A stretch of DNA of 64,000 bases from Mytilus trossulus (Eukaryota). The position numbers and the translations under genes are program-made. The notes under the pieces are model-generated. The model was not told the DNA's origin. It saw only the letters and a program-made list of their open reading frames with translations, and ran no database searches. The DNA lies in contig NC_086374.1 of the NCBI RefSeq assembly GCF_036588685.1, forward strand, positions 35,588,001 through 35,652,000, given 5' to 3'. Below, in pieces: positions 56,082-64,000 of this stretch (positions are counted from its first letter, which is position 1; every line of letters begins with the position of its first letter).

Positions 56082-56471
56082 ATGATGAGTTTATTTACAA
56101 CCACTGGGTCTATGCCACTACCACTGTTGGAGATTTATTTTTCCAAGGGTATCAGAAGCCCAGTAGTCAGCACTTTTTGTGCTGACATGAACAATCATTG
56201 ATATGGTTGTATTTATAATTTAACTGTTTACAAAAGTTTTAATTTTTTGAAATACTAAGGCTTTCCTACCTCAGGAATAGATTACTTTAGCTGAATTTGG
56301 CAAACTTTTTAGGAATTTTGGTCCTCAATGCTCTTCAACTTCGTATTTTTTCCTGCCTTTTTAACTTTTTTGGATTCGAGCGTCACTTATGAGTCGTTTG
56401 TAGACAAAACGCGCGTCTGGCGTACTAGTATATAAAAAATTTAGTCCTGGTATCTATGATGAGTTTATTTA
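56082..56471 (+). repeat. Full-length ~374-nt retrozyme-like monomer with terminal redundancy and a mutated hammerhead (56378-56423)
   Basis: atgatgagtttattta at both 56082 and 56456; gagcgtcacttatgagtcgtttgtagacaaaacgcgcgtctggcgt. Confidence 0.78.
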
Positions 56472-57373
56472 TATTTGCAAATTTGCACTTCCATAAGAGG
56501 AATTGAAACTTTGCTTCGGTGACATCGTGTTAACACAACTGTACTTCTGTATGAGAGGTTGTTCAGGATGAAGGTTTAGGAAATTTAGACTGCCAGTGGA
56601 ATTTAACGTTTTTGGAAAGGGACAGACACCTTGCAACAGGACATCTACGGACCCCCCAAAGAGTTGTTAAAAGGGTTCCCAACGTGCAAAAAGTGTGGCA
56701 AACTCTGTGGCTGCGTACGAGTAATCATCACACACGGCCAGAAGGACGCCCACGCTTTTGCAAGGGTTTTACTGCAGGTCTTTCATATAGTTCACATATC
56801 ATACACTTATCTCTATAACTAGTATATACTTATTGATTTTGTGTAAGATTAAGAAGATTTTCCTGTTATCTTGCACTTTATAAAAAAACCTCTATCATAA
56901 GTTAACATGTCTGAAATATTTTACATTCCAAAACAATAAAATGTAGAAAGTAGGGTATATAAGTATACATCAAGAAATTACTAATGGCCAAATATTCAGG
57001 CGAAAACTGCTATGCTATTGCCATTGGTGCCATTTGGATGAAGGTCGACAGATTTTTAAACGGAATATTTCCTGATCCACTGACTAGGGATCATTCCAGT
57101 GATTTGTTTTCCGATCACTAAAAATTTTATACACGTAAAGTCGTTGATGTTGTGATGCGACTGTCTGTAGTGTTGGTTTACTGAAAGAGAACGATTTTGT
57201 TTATTTACTCAAGTGGCCATTTGCATGTTTCTGCACGAATTATTTGGGACTACGAATTAATTCATTCATAAAAACACAAATATTTCGCAGTGTACATTTA
57301 GTATAACATACGATTTTGTCAATAAAGAAAGTCATTTGTTGAACTGAAATATGTTGTTTTGGGTTTATTACAT

Positions 57374-57374
57374 G

Positions 57375-57405
<31 letters not shown>

Positions 57406-57413
57406 TAATAATA
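57374..57413. repeat. (AAT)n microsatellite
   Basis: taataataat... run with one interruption. Confidence 0.9.
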
Positions 57414-57515
57414 AAGAAGTAAAAGATTTTTAAAGTAAAAAGACAAGAACAATTTATGAAGTAACGACACATAAAAATCAAACAATATGATATTTAAAGA
57501 TATTTTGATTTTTAG

Positions 57516-58094
57516 GCCACAATAGAGTGCAAGACATTTTTAATAACATGACACCAATCAACTGGACCAAATACAATCAAGAAAGAAGTTTAGAAGCTTG
57601 GCTTTCACATATTGATCATGGGCTGGACAAAATAGAAATCAACGAAGCATCAGATAGAGAAAAAGACGCAATAGTGCAATTGATACGTCGTACATGGAAA
57701 CCCCATTTGGCTGGCAAAGGTCGTGACGCGCAACAAAGTGGATATTCACAAATGAAAGTAGTGAAGGTCGAAAGAATAGAAAATCCATCTCTTTTTTTGA
57801 AATATGCCCAGAATAGACAACATTTGCTTCGTCGTCTTGAAACTTCAAATCGACAATTTGAATTCTATGGAATGACAAAGCAAAGACCAATCGAAACAAC
57901 CGCAAACATGAACAAGAATGTATTTACAGATATACATTCTGAAATAAATGAGCATTACTTGTTCCATGGTACTTCAGATGCTACAGTTAGCGCCATTGCA
58001 CATGGTGGCCTAGATGCACGCTTAGCACGCGATGGTATGTATGGGCGAGGAATTTATGCGGCAGAATGTCCAACGAAGAGTGACCATTATGCAG
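57516..58094 (+). CDS. Claudin-PARP fusion gene B, exon 4 (PARP catalytic N-terminal half)
   Basis: ttttag| ... GCAG|gttatt, 579 nt; KVERIEN, NEHYLFHGT, GGLDARLARDGMYGRGIYAAECPTKSDHY. Confidence 0.92.
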
Positions 58095-59282
58095 GTTATT
58101 ATTTATCTTTGTAAGATAGATGTTCGTAATACGAATCAATTGTAACATACATGTACATGTAAATGTATATGAAATTAATGATAACCAAACATACCGCAGT
58201 CATCAAATTATCTACCCCCACCCCATGCACCCCCAAATGGTGAAATTATAGATGCCTTGTATTCTTGTTTTTATTTGTTTAAATAATTATAGATTATCGT
58301 TGATTATCTCAACGAGATTGATTTTCTCGCTTGAGCTGGTACAGCGAAAGTGAGAAAAGCAATCGAATTGAGATGACCAATGATAATCTGTTTATCGCTA
58401 TTTTACCTATGACGACGTTGTCAATTTCAATGTCAATTTCCTTAGCAACGCCACGTGGCCTCCTTAGTTTCTAGCGATAATTTTCCATCTCAAGCGAGAA
58501 GCATGATATGAAAATTATCACAAAAAAAGATCAAAGGAAAAATGCACAAAATAGCGATAAATACTTATACATTAATAAGAACACTAATATAACACAAACA
58601 GACATAATGAAAATGTAACATTAAAAGAATCATAACAACAACAGCCGTATAAACATACAAAACAACTGATTAACCATTCAAATCAAACATACAAATCAAT
58701 GCCGTGTGTTTTTTCATCAATGCGTCGCGCGGAGGAAAAATTTTAAATATTCAAGTTTGAAGCATGAATGAATCATCTTGTCGTCTGCAAGTTTAGACTT
58801 AACATATAAAAATTTTCAAAACAAAAAAAAATTTGCACCGGCACCTTTCTTTCGAAAAATGTTCGACAAGAATTATTTTTTCTAATGAACAATAATTTTG
58901 TCTAAACCTGCAATTTTAAATTCTATTCAGGAATAGGACTGTACACAGATGAGTTTTGATATATGTTGCTTCCATACGAACCGATCATCATGTTCTATGC
59001 ATACAGATATTATACAATCAAAACATGTGTATGAAGCCGATATAATACGTATTGACCTAAACCAAAGGCTACACCTGTTAAATTATTAATCAACAACTTT
59101 TGCATGAACAGTGTAACATCGGTAATTTCTAGGATATATTTAAGTAACACACCTGTGCAATGTACTGTTTTTGTCTATTTCAGCTCATTTGATTAAATCG
59201 TCGTCATGCTCTGATTGATTATCGATAAAACGATAATTTGTCTATCAAAAGTCTGAACTGACTGTAAAATATCGAATATATA

Positions 59283-59724
59283 CACTTGAAAAAAAGGATT
59301 GCAACACTTCCATTGTAAACAATGTAAAATGCCAAGATTGTCGAATATGTGTATAAATTTAGTTCTGCTAAATATTTTTTAACCATTTATGGTTTCAAAT
59401 TGAGTTCATTGTATCAACTTACTTTTCATCTACTATTTATGCTACATGGTTATGACATAACAGCTACACTCAAATATTTTTTGCGCTTTTCACAAAAAGT
59501 ACTTATTTTGCAGGACTCATTTTTTTCCAAAACAGTGGTTCTGCAGCAAATACAGATTTTAACGCATGAAACTCATTCAGAACTCTTTGAATATAATTTA
59601 ATAACACAAATTGTAAACCATATACGAATCAAAGTATTTGGTAAAACCCAAATTATACACATTCTAAAATCACGTCATTTTACATTGTTTTCAATCGAAG
59701 TGTTGCAATTCTTTTTTCAAAGTG
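59283..59724. mobile_element. Tc1-type MITE in intron 4 of gene B
   Basis: ta|cacttgaaaaaaaggattgcaacactt ... aagtgttgcaattcttttttcaaagtg|ta. Confidence 0.82.
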
Positions 59725-59765
59725 TATATTTACTAATTGTATTAAAATTGTTCAATATTTTTTAG

Positions 59766-60040
59766 GTAAAGATATGTTTAACCTTAAAATAATAGTAGTG
59801 CGCATGCTTCTAGGTGAAGTTTTTGTTACCAATGTCGGATACGCGTTCCAAAGACCACCTTGCAAACAATGTATAATGCAGGCTGGACATCTCGGTTTGT
59901 GTAACAATTCGGCTCATAAACAGGACATGTTTGACTCGGTCATGGGGGCTATTCATGGAAAACACAGAGAATTTATAACTTATGAACAAAACAGCTGTTC
60001 GAGTTATCCAGAATATATAATAACTTATAACAGAGAATGA
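59766..60040 (+). CDS. Claudin-PARP fusion gene B, exon 5 (PARP catalytic C-terminal half, catalytic Glu)
   Basis: ttttag|GT AAA GAT ATG; KIIVVRMLLG...RPPCKQC......LC....H...FDSV...REFITYE...SYPEYIITYNRE*. Confidence 0.92.
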
Positions 60041-60227
60041 GAACACGATATTTATGTGCAGCACATTTTATAATCTTTACATTATTATATATGTTTTTGT
60101 TGTGAATTGCAGTAGAGTGAAATAACTTATACAGCACTGAATAATGCAGTAAAGTGTACGCATATATGCATATTAAAAGTTGAATAACTATTAGAATTTG
60201 CCAATTTTTCGAGAAGGTCTTTGAATA

Positions 60228-60433
60228 CTGTAAATTCAGAAATTATTGCGTGCATTTATTATTGCGATTTTGTGATTTTAAACTTAAATGCGATTTTAAT
60301 GTTTACGGTTTTGAGAGAACTCCTGTATAATTCATATGAAATATTTCATAATGCGAGTTTAAATTATTGCGTTTACAGTTCTGTCGCATTTTTCGCATTA
60401 AGAAAAACCTCGCATTAATTTCTGAATCTACAG
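60228..60433. mobile_element. TA-target MITE downstream of the gene B stop codon
   Basis: ta|ctgtaaattcagaaattattgcg ... cgcattaatttctgaatctacag|ta. Confidence 0.8.
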
Positions 60434-61378
60434 TACATTGGGAAATTTACATAGAAACCCGTCTACTGATACTTATTTTGGACATTATATGGGGTATTCA
60501 AACTGTTTCAATTCCGATAAATTTAAAGTTACTTTAAAGCCAGCCATAGTGAAATAGTTCTGATGATATTAATTTCGAAACAACAATTGAAACGTTTATA
60601 CTGAAACTACAAATTAAGTTATAAGTATACAATAACTTTCGAAGTGTTATCAAAAGTACTTAAGTAACATATATTATTACATTACATTTCTATTATAACA
60701 GTCCAGTATAATATTCAATGGAGTTCAGATATGTGTCATCAAACGGCATACATCAGATACGTGCCACTCACTATATCTATTATTTGTTAGTGTTCCAATG
60801 TATGTAGATTTCGATAGCTTAATAAATATTTGATTGGTTAAGACTATCCTACGTGACAACCGTAGATACTCTTATTTTGTTGAGTTGTTAAAGATGCTTA
60901 TATTATTTTGTCTCCTTTATAAAAAAATCAGTCACACTGTTTTAGTAGTTTTTGTTCCTTTCTGTTTAGTTATTGTTATCTGTATACAACTGTGACACTT
61001 ATTTTGTTGTTTGATATACACATCAACCTAAACCTCTATGCATTAGCTGTAATCTGATTGTGAAATATTTGTATAGAAGAAAATATCATTCATAGTGAAA
61101 AGCGCTGTTACGGAATGTAAAGATTTCAGGCCTTCATTTACCTTGGGTAATCAGTAGTGGCATTAACATATGAAGGTAAAGATTTGAGGAAGGTGAACAC
61201 CAGGATATTTACGGGTGACCGATATTTGATGAGACAATGCATCTATTCCACAAACGCCTCAATCGGCAAAGGAGCGAAATGTCTTAAAAGCCATTTATCT
61301 CAGTGGGCTAGCAGTTCAAACTGATGGACTAAACTTTGGATTCCTTTCATCGCATGCAAGTTCTACAGACTGAAGACT

Positions 61379-61580
61379 ATTGAACAGAATACTCACTGTA
61401 ATAACGTGTGTGCAACCACACAGATTGAAAATCATTGAACAGAATACTCACTGTAATAATGTGTGTGCAACCACACAGATTGAAAATCATTGAACAGAAT
61501 ACTCACTGTAATAACGTGTGTGCAACCAAACAGATTGAAGATCATTGAACAGAATACTCAATGTCATAACGTGTGTGCAA
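61379..61580. repeat. 55-bp minisatellite, ~3.7 copies
   Basis: attgaacagaatactca at 61379, 61434, 61489 and 61544. Confidence 0.92.
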
Positions 61581-61894
61581 TATTGTCAATTCCAGACGAT
61601 CCGGTACCTAGTATGTTTGCTTGTTGCTTTTTCTCTATAAACTTTATTGATATACACATATATGTTAAGACAGTACATACCTCTAATATATATTCATAAA
61701 TGGTGTGCACTGTTTAGTAAACAATTTGTTTATGCCGGAGGTCATGGTCAATACTGCACATTTATTATTCATTTTGTACTTTCCTTCACTTCATCAGGCA
61801 TGATGAAGAAGAGACGGTTTGACTGTGTAATCTATTAGAAAAAGATTTCCTAGTTTTTTAACCTATTAAAAATTGTGTCGATTCAGTAACAAAA

Positions 61895-63150
61895 TCTATG
61901 ACAAACGAGACGATTTTAATTTTGAAATTATAAATTCCCCCACCTTAGTAGCAATTTACCAATTTCACCTGCATATGGGGTATATATTTCCCAACTTATT
62001 CGATATTCACGAGCTAGCAGCTCCTACTCAGACTTTGTAAAACGTCATCAGTGTCTGAGTAGAAAGTTGATGAACCAGGGTATGTCAAAGAACATCTCGT
62101 CCTTTTTTCTAAAAAAGTTCATCAAAAGGTACCAAGACCTTGTTGATAAATATTCCGTATCAACTTCTCAAATAATACACGATGGTCTCGATGTATAGAT
62201 TCTGCGTACTGATGTTGTTTATCATCTTAACAACTTGTTTTATAGTTCTTTCATTTGTCTTTGTTCTATTATTATTATTACTTTTACTGTTGAATGGTTT
62301 TATGTGATATCCGTTTGACGTGGCTCGGTACTTATACATCTCGTCAAATTGAATGTGTTTGTATTGGTTTTCATTTTTTGGTGGTTTGTTTTGTATATGC
62401 GACTTTTTGCATTTCTTTTGTTCTTATAACGTGACTTTGTACTTTAAAAGATCCCGTCAGTATGATATTGTTCTATTATTATGTCATTATGATATATTTC
62501 TATTATGAATTACAATATACGTTTAACCACAAACGTCAAAATCATTCAATCGCGTAGTGGAATTACCTATTTGTGGGTTCGTATAAATTCTATATATAAC
62601 TTTTGGACTAGTTTAAATCTCGGTCTATTTCTGAAATTTATTCTTACATACTTTTAATTTGTTAACCCTGTATACTAACAATTGCCTATGTAAATTTTAA
62701 AATTGTTTGTATGCACATTGAACGACAAATCTATGTGAAATATAAAATTTTCTGACGTCAGACACTCAAATCAATGAATGTGTTGGTAGATAGTAGATGT
62801 TTTTGTGTTCTGTTAAATTGTTCCTTTTAAAATTGTTATACGATGATGACTGATGTACCTATATTTTGACTATTTGATTTATTGTGTCTGTTTATTTAAC
62901 GCATCAATGTAAATATAACGATAATAATGATATAATGACAAGACTGTCATTAAAGTGAGAGGGTTAGCGCTATAAAACCAGGTTTAATCCACCATTTTCT
63001 ACATTTGAAAATGCCTGTACCAAGTCAGGAATATGACAGTTCTTGTCCATTCGTTTTTGATGCGTTTTGTTATTTGATTTTGCCATGTGATTATGGACTC
63101 TTCGAATTGATTTTCCTGTAAGTTCAGTATTTTTGTGATTTTACTTTTCA
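61895..63150 (+). mobile_element. Penelope-like element 3' end (RT C-terminus + long non-coding tail)
   Basis: YDKRDDFNFEIINSPHLSSNLPISPAYGVYISQLIRYSRA...; tail segment 62820-63150 recurs at 42190-42500 and 5560-5850. Confidence 0.75.
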
Positions 63151-63343
63151 CTGTATGAAGTAAGTGAGACTTGGTCATCATATTCAGTTTTATTCTAAAA
63201 ATATAATTTTATCATTCTATCATGTATTAAAAATAAACGCTTAGAATGAAAACTGATCAAATAAATTGATATTTATCATTTTATCAATAATGTGATAAAT
63301 CCCTAATCTCAAACACTGATAATGGTGACATCATACAGTAATA

Positions 63344-63493
63344 ATGGGTAGGAGCTCGGGTGGGCTCTATTCTCTGTCTGTCCTGTTTTTGTTTTGCTTT
63401 CTGCTCACCAAGCATGGTAGCTTATCTGCAGAAGAGAGTAGTACATCACAGGACGAGGAGAATGGTTCAACATTAAACTGGACACCGGTTACG
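63344..63493 (+). CDS. First coding exon of a secreted or membrane glycoprotein; the gene continues beyond the window
   Basis: ATG, hydrophobic signal peptide (LYSLSVLFLFCFLL...SLSA), acidic stretch with NGS and NWT sequons, canonical donor ACG|gtaagt, 150 nt. Confidence 0.7.
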
Positions 63494-64000
63494 GTAAGTA
63501 TGATGATAATATTGTCCTTGATGAACTTGTCAAATGAGGCTATTTTACCTGTATTTTTCTTAAAATCACTTCACACGTATCTATATTATCGTTTCAATTG
63601 TTTGAAAGTACATAACGTAAGATTAGATTCAAACATTATAAATATAATGCAACATTTTAAATTTGATCACAATGGTAAATATTTTATTAAAATATATATT
63701 ATTATTTTCATTTAATTTGTAAAAATATCCATGAAAGGATTGTTGTTTTTGTTCCATTTATTAATTTTTAATTTCACAAATAAGATACAATTTGTTGAAA
63801 TCTAACTTTTATAATTTTCAAATTTAATCGGTACAAATACTTTTTTTAAATTCAAAATTTTAGATCTTTATGCGCTATTTTATAATCTAATGTAAATATT
63901 CGCTTTTTTTGGAAGAACTGGAACCCATAGGGTCAAATTCAATCACAGAATGCAATTAACAATTTTAATAAAAAATAATAATGCATTTATATGGAAAATT

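Noticed and set aside
59349-59765. 138-aa hydrophobic ORF just before the last PARP exon
   Set aside because: Almost entirely inside an AT-rich MITE, with no recognisable domain
63494-63715. C-terminal part of the 123-aa ORF
   Set aside because: Read-through into an intron after the gtaagt donor at 63494

Overview
AT-rich, intron-containing animal genomic DNA, very probably a marine bivalve (the repeat families resemble those of Mytilus; inferred from recognition, not from a search). The main result is a divergently oriented pair of paralogous five-exon genes, each joining a claudin/PMP22-type four-transmembrane domain (W...GLW-x-x-C...C signature) to a C-terminal tankyrase-like PARP/ADP-ribosyltransferase catalytic domain with an intact H-Y-E triad. 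Copy B (+, 50514-60040, 465 aa) splices into a continuous ORF. Copy A (-, 33430-25968) has the same exon structure but a frameshift in exon 2. Other host genes: an intronless PTB/PID-domain protein, a GT10 alpha-1,3-fucosyltransferase lying between the two PARP genes, and the first exon of a signal-peptide protein at the right edge. The rest is repeats: a decayed Penelope-like RT and fragments, a LINE RT split by a Tc1 element, a second Tc1 copy, several MITEs, Helitron/Helentron-type elements, many hammerhead-ribozyme-bearing ~375-nt retrozyme-like repeats, and minisatellites.
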